Source: Paraspadella gotoi
Lineage: Eukaryota > Animalia > Chaetognatha
DNA: 20,808 bases
Assembly (NCBI GenBank): GCA_051294375.1
Contig: CM119270.1
Location: forward strand, 3,444,303-3,465,110
Direction of reading: 5' to 3'
Each line of letters starts with the position of its first letter. Position 1 is the first letter of the stretch. The notes under the pieces were generated by a model. It made no database searches, was not told where the DNA came from, and saw nothing but the letters and a program-made list of their open reading frames with translations. A program made the position numbers and the translations under genes. Shown piece after piece: positions 9,420 to 19,760 of this stretch.

Positions 9420-12400
9420 GCCTTCACGCCGACGTTCATCTAACGAGACTTATGTCGTCGTCATCTCCCAGGGGCGGTCTTGACAGCGGCGCCAATCGTC
9501 CTCTTCTGCGCCATTTTATAACCCGATTTCATCTGGTTTTTGAATGCGCAGAATTAGTCCAGTCAGTTTAGAATTCAAAGACAGCCACTTCTCTCGAAGC
9601 TAAGTTCAACACATTAGAAGTCTCGTTTGCGGAAACACCCTGCTGCAAAGTGTTCGTCGAAGGCTCTCTAAATCCTCAAACGGTATCTTTGGGATCGTTG
9701 GGAAGAAGTTCTACCTGCGTCGGTCTCTAGGTGCCCGAAGAATTGACGTATCCATCATCGAAGGTCCTTGCAAACACCTTCGAACGGACGTAAGGATCCG
9801 GTGGCTCCTTCGGGAACTGCTTTCATTGCGATTAGGGATCAACCAACTACGACGACGCCGTCATCAGTCTGTAGATACTTTGCCGGCAACACGTCGCCCG
9901 CTCCTCTCGAGATTTGCGGTGAATTGAAGTTCGGGGTATTCGATTCATTTTTTATTTCTTCAGAACTTCGCGTTTCGGCCGAGCAACGTCTTCGTGAAGC
10001 TTTCCTGCGACTTCAACGGCCGTCCTTTAGTGCCATCAGCGGCGCCGAATAGGATCGGCGGGAAATAAGCGGCCAGCAAATCATAAACTGCGTCGAGAAG
10101 CTCGAAGTGCCGAAAGCCCGCAACGGGGAACTTCCCCTTTCGGCGTCTTTTGGTTGACAAATCCGCCGTTTCGTTTGTAAGACGAGATTCCGCTGCTTGT
10201 TGCGGGCGAAGAGAAGGATATCGACTGGCTTCAAAGAAGACGACCGGCTGAAACCTCTCCCAACTTAGCCATGGCCGAGATATACGCCAACCTTTTACGC
10301 GGCGGAAATGACTCTATCCCCCCGGACGAGTCTAGACCCTTCAGGAATGCAACGTCTTCCTACCGCAACCTCAACGTCGAACACAGGTGTCGAGGCCCGA
10401 AGCGATTTCGTACCGATCGCGCCAAGACGCCCCGACGGAATGAAAACTCGCGGAAGCCAACACGGATAGATTCGCATGATAGGCATTTGTGAAGTCATCG
10501 TTCCAACGATAAAAAGAGGTAGATGGAATGACGATGGCGTTGGAGTTTTTGTCGGAGCTCGCTTGATCGCCTCAGCAAATCCTTGACCATTGGGCCGCAA
10601 GCCGTCGATCGCGGGCTAATTCTATGTCGACACGCTGTTTTCATCGGTTGAAAGCATCTCGTCGACAGAACGCTTCCGTATCCGCCGGCAGCAAGGATGA
10701 CGACCGACGCTGAAGGAATCGGACTTACGCCCAAACCCGTCCCTCATGTGCAAACCTACTCCGACGACGATACTTGTTGCGTCCAACCCGACCATTTACG
10801 TTCCCCTCCACCGACTCTAGAAGAAGACGTCGATCATCAAAAGGTCCCGTCATTTTTCCCCGTTTGACCGCCGTTCGGCGTTGACGGATATCAGCGCAGG
10901 AAGAAATAACAAATCTATTCTCACCCAACATCGAGACGAAGATGTGGATGCGTCAGCCCAGGAGGTGCCGGCTGAGTCTGCTGCGGTGCGTTGGCGTCGA
11001 GCAAGGACCGTCGAGGACGCCCCAGGGCCGACGTCGTCAATCATATCTGGACGGACAAGAGCACAAAGTCTCAATGCCGACCATCCGATCTCGCCGTCAA
11101 CGAGAATTTCAAAACCAGGTGGTTCGATGAATCGATGAATGCGTCCTCTCGTCGCGTCCGATGGGAGTGCGCTGGGTTTTTCAAGACAACTTCGACCTTT
11201 CTTGAGAGTCGGATAATTTGAGAGAGTTGCGTGAATCGGCGATGAATCGACAATCGTATCGCTCGCTACCTGCCGAGAACCGGGCCAGTAGGACGAGAAT
11301 TGGAAAGAATTGAGAGAGAAAGGTGATTTGCAGAGGCGGTATACGAGCTCCTTGGCGAAGTCGAGAGTTGACCTGTTCAAAACGTCATGCGCTATTCACA
11401 ATCGCGTACGAGCTGAGTTGGGTCGAGGCTGCTTCAGTCTTCTCTCTCCCCCTCTTGAAGCCCCTCTCATCTCCACAGCTCGTCAACCGTCTTCAACTCC
11501 ACCCCGTCGAATGATTTGACGATCACTTGCCATGAATCGCCAATCAAGTCCTCACAAAGGTCGGCGTCAATTTCGTCGACGAATTCGTGATCATTCATCC
11601 GCCGGAACCGGCAACATGGATGCGAGGAGGCGGCGGGCGTTGGAACGGAAACCGATGTGGCCGTTCCGCCTGCCGCTGATCCGCCAATCCGCAGTTCGTA
11701 CTTTGGAGTTTTTGCGGCGACGCGATATAGGGACCTTTTCAATGAAGGAACTGCGTCGTGGAGGTCGTCGAGGACGAGGCGGAGTGAATCCTCCCAGTCC
11801 CACGCCTGCTTTGCTGCCGGCGTTTCCTGCCGCTGCGGCGTTGAAAACCGCCGAAGCGCGGCTTTCCCACTCAAACGAGAACGTCGGCCGAATTTTGCGG
11901 CTTCAAATCGTCGCTGTCGCGTTCCAGGCATCAAACGGGCCATCCTTTGATTAGCGGCGCCGTGTATGAGGGCGCCTTCGTCCCGCGTCCGCTGCGAGTG
12001 GCGACGGGGCTTCTTGGAAAATCAAGCTCAAACGCTCGCCACCAATGCTTCAGCAGCAAGCGCCCAAAGATCAAGGTCGACGAGACTTCTCGGTGTTTAG
12101 ATACTTTGAAAGCGTGCAACGTTCGCGAATTATTAAAGACGGTCAGCGCTGCTGGGCGTTGGAGGGCGCTACGGATCCAATGAAGTTTGAAGGGAGCTTC
12201 CTCACTGGTTTCGTACGGGTCTTTACCCAAGCGTTCCATGAACTGATTTCTAAATCTCGAGGATAAACGATGACGCTACCTTTCCTCCAACCGTGACACC
12301 CGCGGCTTCTTAGGCGACGCCCTTGGCGTTCTCAAAGAGAAAGTGGGGGAATGAAGCGGACGAACTGGGTGGACTGAAATGATGATACAGATTCCTCATC

Positions 12401-14140
12401 CGCCGGAGCTTCGATCGAAAGGACTATCAGCGAGTCATCCATGGTTCTTCCTGATCCACTTTGCAGCAGGTGTAAACGACTCCACAGCGAGGAGAAACCG
12501 GACCGCGATACGACTCGCAGACCTCGACCAGAGGGCGGGCCGTGATGTCGGATCTGCTCGCCAACGGACCACACAACAGCCTTTCAGATAGTGGGTGCGA
12601 AAAAGTGGTTTAGTTTTAGACGAATCATGAATGGAATTAACGATCCTTCTTTCTGTGATTTTCCCTTTGGTCTTTCTTGCCATGAAACCAAGAGATTCTC
12701 GATTTTAGACCGCAGGCGAAAATGGGAACGCATCCAGCGCGACGAGCAGAGCGAGGACGGGCGGCGGAAAGTCAAGGTCGCGTCAGCTGGACAATCCATC
12801 GAGGAAGAAGAAGGCTTTGGTGGCCGCCTCAGCCGTCCTTTGCACAACTGGGAACCCGACTTTCAAAATCGGGCGTCGTCGGCGCAGCGGCTCGGGATGA
12901 ATGAACTTACTTGCATGTCTCACTTTGAGAGACGAGCATTCTTTGCGGCAGTTGCGGAATAAGTTTTAACGTTTGTGGCCCGCAGATCGTCCGAAGTACT
13001 TTGCGTCTCTCAACCCGCGCTTCAGACTGCTTGGGAAGCGGTCATCGCTGTCGAAAAATGGCCCCTACGAAGGAGCGCTGGCTTTTGCGATCAAAAATCA
13101 TCAAATGCCGCTCTCCATTGGACGAATTGAGCCCCGTGCGAAGGATGCGGATGTTCGTCCAAAAGTAATGCTTCAAGCAATTCGACATCGGGACGAGCAA
13201 CGGGAGAATTTAGTCTGATAACTGCTGCCGGCCGCTTAATTGTCAGGACCGGTCGCCGTGTGTTCTCAACTTACGTGTACTTCTTGCTGTTTAGCCGCGA
13301 GCGGGGGCGCATGTTTCCGCCCAGCGGCGGCCGTATCGTGAAACGTTTTCGAGCGACGACGTAATCAGCTTGTATTATTTGGATTATGGGAAGATATTGC
13401 GTTTTTTTAAAAAATATTCCGTTTTGAACAAAGTGATTGAATGCAGCTTAGTTCTCGTTATAATTTATTCTCGGCTCTGAGTTAATCACTCCCTAGCAAA
13501 GGTGATAAATTAGATTTCTTTTCGGTTGACGCGCCGTTCCGTCGATTTGGAGGGATGTCCCGGCCGTCGACGTTCTTCTGCGTTTGGTGAATGACGCTTT
13601 CGCAGCGCGAGAAAAGATTTCTCTCTTTATTTCATTCTCTGTGGAATGCGAGAATTAATTTGTCCGCGGTAAGATTGGAAGATTCCCTTTCTTCCAATGA
13701 TGACGGGCCGTCGACGTCCAATTCGCCAAAGGGTCGTCGAGCTCAGCGCGGAAATTCATTTGACTACCTGACTTTGTATCGGAAAGACACAACGTGCAGC
13801 TCAGCCGTGAGTTTCGGCGACCATTTTCGACGCCGATAATTTTCCGGCGGCCATTCAAGCGAAGCGGTTCTTTCAACTGTGCAAGGGTGGCTTCGCTGTG
13901 GAGCGATATTCGCTCGACGATACGTTTGAACCGGGCCGAGGTTGACCTGGATGCCGAATGTATTTACTCATCAGATTTTATGCTCTGGATGCGGCCACGC
14001 CTTACGAAGAGAACGAGCTACGCCGGAGATGTTCTTCTCTGGGATGGCCCTCCTGAGTGCCTGCGGCGTCGTTATGTTAAGTCGCAGTCAAGGTTTACAG
14101 TCTTTGAGTAATTTTTTTAATTACCGCGTCGTCGCCTAAG
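9420..14140. other. Unidentified repeat-free, CpG-rich block with only short ORFs (possible decayed coding sequence, retroposed insert or long non-coding exon)
   Basis: No microsatellites and balanced base composition, unlike the flanks; longest ORF 176 aa; no recognisable motifs. Confidence 0.3.
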
Positions 14141-14231
14141 TTCGTCTTACTCGTTCGAGATAAATTTCAGGTTTGAATTCGTTATTTTTTCAATGGCGAT
14201 TTCGCTCATCGTCAAATCATAGTAAATTCGA

Positions 14232-14234
<3 letters not shown>

Positions 14235-14269
<35 letters not shown>

Positions 14270-14282
14270 AAAAAAAAAAAAA
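14235..14282 (+). repeat. 48-nt poly(A) tract (single C at 14269)
   Basis: Direct inspection; AGTAAA at 14221-14226. Confidence 0.95.
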
Positions 14283-15122
14283 TCGGCGTTTTTTCTCGTT
14301 TTCAAATATACGAATTATTCTAAAATCATGGCATCATCCTTGTGGACATAGAGAAACAGAGAGAGGCGACGGTTAAATGAGAAAAACGCTCGGGTCATTA
14401 CGTCTTTAAAAAAGTTTTCTTTCAGATCGTCGCCAATGAGGTTAGTCGTTGTCGTCGTTGTTGCCGTCGTTCTTGTCGTTGTCGTCGTCGTCGTCGTCAC
14501 CAGGCGCCATTTGCGGCATCTGCTTTGTGATAGAATTTCCACACTAAATGTNNNNNNNNNNGTAATGTTTTTCATTCGTTTTCAAAGGGATAACACGGTA
14601 GCAACGCTTTCACAACGCCTGTATAAAACTTTGTAAAAACAGACAGTCACAGACGGACAGAACAAGAGACAGACAGCGGCGTAACTTAAACAAATAAGCG
14701 GAAATTCTCTGATCATTCGCCCTTATACAAAACCAAACGACTTCGTCTCTTTGTCGACCACAACTTACAAAAGGGATCACGTGACCCACAAACCACGCGA
14801 CGATGGAAAATAAGAAAATGACGGAACTCGTTCCGGCTTTTTTTTTTCTAAATGGAAGGAAGATGATACAAGCGGTGGGGGGGCAGTGGGGTGGGTGTGG
14901 GAAGATGGGAGAGAGTCAGAGTAGGTTAGGTAAGGTGGACCGTGAGAGAGGGCCGTCCTTGGTAAGTGATTTAAAACGAGAGAGTTTGAGAAAAGAGAGA
15001 GAGATGCACGAGTGGTAAATAGATATGTAGGGCTGATGGATGAGTTCGAAGCGTTTGAAGGGGGGCGGGGTTTTAGGGTAGGTCGAGCGTGCGTGGCGAA
15101 GATTGTGAGATGGCGCAGGGAC

Positions 15123-15280
15123 AAGATGGGTGCAAAGCGAAACGGCATAGAGGAAGATGCGCAAGCGAACGGCATTAGAGGCAGATTGGCGCAAAGCGGA
15201 AACGGCATAGAGAAGATGCTCAATTCGAACGGCATAGAGGAAGATGGCGCAAAGCGAAACGGCATAGAGAAAGATGGCGC
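15123..15280. repeat. ~30-bp tandem repeat, 5 copies plus a partial (AAGATGGCGCAAAGCGAAACGGCATAGAGG)
   Basis: Units start at about 15123, 15154, 15182, 15213 and 15241, with a partial unit at 15271; small indels between units. Confidence 0.9.
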
Positions 15281-15820
15281 TGTGGGATATGGTGTAAAGT
15301 TAAAAAGACGCAGAGTGACTTGACAAAACGCGAGGTGGCGCGGAGGGAAAGAAGGGCGCCAGTGGGGCTTGGAGGGCGCATAGGGTAAGTTTTGGCGGGA
15401 AGCATTTTGATGATAAGCTCAGAGATGATTTAGAGGAGAAGGCCCTTGTTTAATGGCAGCGAAAAAGTTTTTGATTAAATTTTAATGTCAGACGACATCG
15501 ACGCGATGACGACGACGACGAAGACGATGAAGACGACGACATTCAAGCTAATTTTAGAATGGACGAAAACAGATTTAGAATTAAATTTACCGAAAAAAAA
15601 TCACTGAGAAAGAAAATCACTCGGACTTATGACAAAAAACTGTTTTATTTTTTTGTCATAATTCAGAGAAATAAGGGGAATTTATTCAATTGAATATTTA
15701 ACTAGCTCTTTCTACAAACAGCTACCGCTCTCTAATCAAACTTTCACGATTCACGAAAGAGTAAAATAAAACTATGAATTCAAGAACTTTTTTTTTGCAG
15801 AAAAATAAACCTCGAATTTG

Positions 15821-15826
15821 TTTATT
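15821..15826 (-). terminator. Candidate polyadenylation signal AATAAA of the Ig-receptor gene
   Basis: TTTATT on + at 15821-15826, about 70 nt past the second stop (15900-15898); another at 15681-15686. There is no AATAAA between the two stops. Confidence 0.5.
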
Positions 15827-15897
15827 ATTAATCAATTTAAATCGACAGTTCAATTATAAAAAAATATACATACAATTGACTAAAAAGAAATGAGTGA

Positions 15898-16428
15898 TTA
15901 CAAATCTCGTATCACGATGAGACAATAGAATTCGTAAGGAAACCTCGTCTTGGATTTTCTCGGGTTCACGTTGTAATAAGACGGCGCTTCGATTACATCC
16001 TCGCCGACGCCGATGCCGACCTTTGCGCGGGTTACATACGGAAACTTCTCGGTCCCTTTTTTCGCTTCGAAGAGGTTAACGTAGGAAGGTTGACCTCGAG
16101 ACCTCGACTCGATGACCCCCGGAGGATTTAGCCGAGTCTGGACTCCGGAAGACGGTTCGAAGCGTTGGAGGGAGACGCCGTAGAGATCGTCGATCGATTC
16201 GTAGATGGGAGAAGAGATTTGGCGGTCGGGTGAGGCGGATGGGTGAGGCGAGTGAGTCTGGGGCGGAGGATGAGGAAGAGGAGGAAAAATCGACTTTCTT
16301 TGATTTCGCGGTTTCGTCAAAGTGTAGAACCGACCCTCGATTATTCGAGGTTTGGGGGAGACTTCTCCCTCTCTCTCTCCTCCGTCTCCTCCCTCTCTCC
16401 CTCTTCCTCCTCCCCCGCCTTCCCCTAG
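15898..16428 (-). CDS. Putative stop-codon-readthrough extension of the Ig receptor (176 aa + TAA)
   Basis: In frame with the TGA at 16431-16429 (TGA CTA G): LGEGGGGGRGREGGDGGEREGEVSPKPRIIEGRFYTLTKPRNQRKSIFPPLPHPPP...SPIYESIDDLYG...SYVNLF...SYYNVNPRKSKTRFPYEFYCLIVIRDL*. Includes track ORF 15898..16320. Confidence 0.7.
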   Translation of the reverse strand, partial: LGEGGGGGRGREGGDGGEREGEVSPKPRIIEGRFYTLTKPRNQRKSIFPPLPHPPPQTHSPHPSASPDRQISSPIYESIDDLYGVSLQRFEPSSGVQTRLNPPGVIESRSRGQPSYVNLFEAKKGTEKFPYVTRAKVGIGVGEDVIEAPSYYNVNPRKSKTRFPYEFYCLIVIRDL

Positions 16429-16516
16429 TCACAGCCACTCCTCAACTTGTTCCTCGATTTCGTCGTAGAGATAAAGATCATAGATTTTGGGTTCGTAGTT
16501 CAAACCGGTCGTCGAT
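16429..16516 (-). CDS. Ig-superfamily receptor, last exon up to the first stop
   Basis: Acceptor CCCCCTTTTTATTCAG|A at 16517/16516; phase 2 matches the preceding donor. Reads (R)STTGLNYEPKIYDLYLYDEIEEQVEEWL-TGA. Confidence 0.8.
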
Positions 16517-16699
16517 CTGAATAAAAAGGGGGAGGTAATTGTGTCACAGGGCGATACGTTGTTGGGAAATTTGAATAATATTTATTTAGGATGTCTCACG
16601 TGAGAAGGGAAGTGGATATTTTTATTCATTATTTTTTGGCAATATTTTAACTTTAGAATTTTTGTTTCAAGACATTTGAAATGACAATAAAATATCGTG

Positions 16700-16702
<3 letters not shown>

Positions 16703-16740
<38 letters not shown>

Positions 16741-16782
16741 GAGGAGAGACGAGAGGGAGAGATGAGGAGAGAGAGAGAGAGA
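16703..16782. repeat. Intronic (GA)n microsatellite
   Basis: Direct inspection. Confidence 0.9.
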
Positions 16783-16963
16783 ATCATTTGACATTATTGC
16801 ATATATTCCACAATGTACATTGAAATATTGACAAGAACATAAATCTAAACTTGTAATTGCGACATAAATTTTTCGAGAATTTTTTTTTTTGCGGTCGTAC
16901 TTTCCGTACAATTTCGTTAACCCTCTTCATTGTGTCTTATATCGATTTCTCGTTAAAACCGAC

Positions 16964-17299
16964 CTGAGACTTTGCGGCGACGCCGTCACCGGCCGAGTCA
17001 CCAGACGTCGAGAGGGCGGCGCCGTCGGCGGCGGATTATGCGGCAGTTCCGGCAGCGCTCGATCGAAGAGGCCGCCGAGCGTCCGGGCGCGGTCGAAAGC
17101 GCCGCCGCCGACGCCTCCGTTCCGGTAGAGGCGCGACGGAGCGTAGAGCGAATTGGCGCGCCCGAGATGCGTCACGCGGTGGCGCTCCAACGCCAGCTGA
17201 TGAGCGTCATCGTAGGAGGAGAGGGAAGGATTGGCGTGGGCGGGACCCGGGAAGGGTAAGGAGTTGGAATCTGTGGTCAGACCCTCGCGGTGGTTGTAG
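16964..17299 (-). CDS. Ig-superfamily receptor, cytoplasmic exon (336 nt)
   Basis: Acceptor CCACAG|C, donor CAG|GTCGGT, phase 2-2. Reads (G)YNHREGLTTDSNSLPF...NSLYAPSRLYRN...FDRALPELPHNPPP...SPQSL; GC-rich compared with the AT-rich introns. Confidence 0.8.
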
Positions 17300-17422
17300 C
17301 TGTGGTTGTGGGGTGGGGCGTGGTGTGAGGAGAAAAAGGAGCGGTAATGAAATGGATGCAAAGTTGTAATTATTTATCCAATCAATCAACAAGCTTTCTT
17401 TTTATTTGACATCGGGCTGGTT

Positions 17423-17472
17423 ATGGTGGATTATGATTAAGGTGGATTATGGTGGATTATGGTGGATTAAGG
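17423..17472. repeat. 10-bp tandem repeat (GGTGGATTAT)n
   Basis: About 4 copies. Confidence 0.8.
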
Positions 17473-18124
17473 CATCCATCTACGATTCTACATTGTTTAT
17501 TAACTTTCTTATCGATAAAATGTTGTAATATTTAAAAAAAAATTGCTTCCCTTAGATATATGTTTTTCATGACGTAAAAGTTTATAATTTAGTCATTTTA
17601 TTCTAACCACATATATCTGTAATAAAACAGACGAACAATAGAATCTTTGATTTCTTTTTATACTTAATAAACTTGATAAACGAGTCCTTAAGTCAAAGCA
17701 AAAAATAAAAGTTCGTCACGATTTCGTTGATCAAAGACAAACTTGTTGTGACTCAGACTTCAAAAAATGACATAAAAAAAAAGAAAGAAAATCAAAAAGA
17801 AAAAAAGTAAGAGAGAAAGAAAGAAAGAAAAAGAAAACTCGTTTCAGAAGTAAACTTTGGACGGGCCTTCACTAAAGGCTTGAGCCTCTGAATCAAGGAA
17901 AAGAATTTTCGGGCTTTAAAAAGACAACGACGATGACGACAACAACGACGACATTTTTTATGTCGACAACAAATCCGAAAACACGTAATCCCGAGATTTA
18001 AAAACCCAACCTTCTTTTTTTTTATTCCCTGAATCCCATTCACTTTTTTTTCAAGAAGAAAAGAAGTTTGAAGACAACAATGCTTGACGAAAATCTCCCA
18101 CCTCGGTCATGTCGTTGTTGTTGT

Positions 18125-18173
18125 CAGGTGCAAGAGCAATGACGTCATTCAACAGTTAGTCTCATTTGCATAT
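18125..18173. promoter_or_regulatory. Candidate intronic enhancer: E-box CAGGTG, palindromic CRE, octamer
   Basis: CAGGTG 18125-18130, AATGACGTCATT 18138-18149 and ATTTGCAT 18164-18171, all within 50 bp. Confidence 0.45.
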
Positions 18174-18476
18174 TGTAGCAATTTAGATTAAACCGCATGT
18201 CTTTTGATTCGGTTTTTCTAAAAGTTTTATTTTACTATTTAAAAGAAAAAAAAACTTTGTAAAGATTTAATAATGATTTAGTTTGCAAAATAATATTTAG
18301 CTTTTTTATTTTAGTATTGTAGATTTACGAAAGTAAGTATTTTTCTTATTCTGAGAACTTGTCTCATGTTTGCAACGCAGCCACGTCTCTATATATTTTC
18401 TCCTCCTGTAGCTACCTTACCTTCTTGCCCACCCGCCTCTTCCTCGACCCTTACCCCCTTCCACTCCTTTCCTCAC

Positions 18477-18719
18477 CCGCTGTCAGTCGTTGTTCCCTCA
18501 CTCGTGCTGCCGCCGATCGTTCTCGGATTATAGACTTCGACCAAATCGTTGTCCACGTAAAGATTCTCTTCGCTCTTCTCTCCGTCAGCTTCCACTTCGA
18601 CGGCAGCGCCGCCGCCGCCGCTGGACATCAGCGGCCGCCGCTGCGCCGGAAGATCTCGCATCTCGGCCGAATCGGCGCCGAGTGACCGAGAAGAGGAGAT
18701 GGTTTGTGATTTCACGTGA
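18477..18719 (-). CDS. Ig-superfamily receptor, membrane-proximal cytoplasmic exon (243 nt)
   Basis: Acceptor TTTTTTCCCAG|T after a 65-nt intron, donor GG|GTGAG, phase 2-2. Reads (S)HVKSQTISSSRSLG...EENLYVDNDLVEVYNPRT...TTTDS. Confidence 0.85.
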
Positions 18720-18784
18720 CTGGGAAAAAAAATTATCACCAATTCACAAGATTCTTTCACAAAATCTTTCGTTTTTTTTCTCAC

Positions 18785-19078
18785 CTGTAAAACCTAGCCA
18801 TCCAACACGACCCCGGACACAGCACCCGCGCGTTCCCCGCCGCAGTTCCGACGATCAGCAGCAGCAGGACCAGGATCAGCGCCGACGCCGCAGCCAGCAG
18901 CGTCCACTGCCGCAGCGGCAGCGGCTGCGCGTCGGAGTCCTGCTGCGTCCGCATGACGATGGTTTTGGTGAGGTTGGCGCCGACTTGAAGGAGGAAAGTC
19001 ATTTTGGGTCGCGTGGCGACGGAAGAGTTAACAGAGAGAATGGAACGCCAACCGGATGGAACCGGTTCCAGTTCGTGT
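18785..19078 (-). CDS. Ig-superfamily receptor, exon with end of Ig3 and transmembrane helix (294 nt)
   Basis: Acceptor CCTTCCCCCAG|A, donor CAG|GTGAG, phase 2-2. TM WTLLAAASALILVLLLLIVGTAAG is followed by juxtamembrane cysteines (VLCPGSCW); sequons NSS and NLT. Confidence 0.88.
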
Positions 19079-19343
19079 CTGGGGGAAGGAGGGATGATCG
19101 GAGGAATAACATCTTTAAACCAGTCACCTTCTCTCGCTCTCTCACTCACTCTCATTCATCTCCGTTTAACTCATTCATCCACTTAAATTGTTAATTCCAT
19201 TGATTGCTTCATTTCATTTTCAATCCTTTAGATTTCACTTCAATCCTTTAATTCATTCCAACTCCATTTAATTTTTCATTTCTACATTTCGACTCTCGAA
19301 TCATTCACTTCAATAATTATTAAATTCATCGATTTATTCTTTC

Positions 19344-19381
19344 ATCTATCTATCTATCTCATCTATCTATCTATCATATTA

Positions 19382-19413
<32 letters not shown>

Positions 19414-19760
19414 ATTTTTATTCATATCTGTTCACTCTCTCTATTCTATCCTATCTATCTATCCTACTCTCCCCCTATCTACTCTCTCTATCTATCTATC
19501 TATACTATTCATCCTCTCCACTCCACTCACACTCATTCATTATTCATTCATTCATTCATCATCATCATTCGCCTAATTAATCTATCACTATTTAAATTGT
19601 TTAATTCCACTGATTGCTTCATTCACTCAATCTTTATTTCATTCAATCCAATAATCCATCATACATTCCGACCTACATCATTCACTCATTCATTAATTCA
19701 TTCATTCCATCATTTCATTTCCACTTCACTTCATCATTCATTCATTCTTCATTCATTACA
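19344..19760. repeat. Intronic (TATC)n and (TTCA)n microsatellites
   Basis: Direct inspection. Confidence 0.85.

Noticed and set aside
9452-9900. + frame interrupted mostly by TAG/TAA, suggesting a variant genetic code
   Set aside because: Stop density is near random expectation, TGA stops follow, and the clear Ig gene has no internal TAG/TAA and uses CAA/CAG for Gln.
15123-15280. CRISPR-like interpretation of the 30-bp repeats
   Set aside because: Head-to-tail units with no unique spacers, eukaryotic context and no cas genes.
16257-16290. Alternative acceptor CCCCAG|ACT joined directly to the exon ending at 16964
   Set aside because: The phase-2 donor would shift the frame, missing the Tyr motifs and stopping after about 43 codons. 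It works in frame only with a very weak internal donor at 16446, which is kept as a refutation test.
16429-16431. Selenocysteine interpretation of the in-frame TGA
   Set aside because: No redox motif context, it lies in a disordered cytoplasmic tail, and I recognised no SECIS in the AT-rich 3' UTR. The CUAG context fits readthrough better. A SECISearch run would settle it.
18490-19194. + strand 234-aa ORF, and 19856..20269
   Set aside because: Antisense to GC-rich exons of the Ig receptor; R/Q-rich with no domain.
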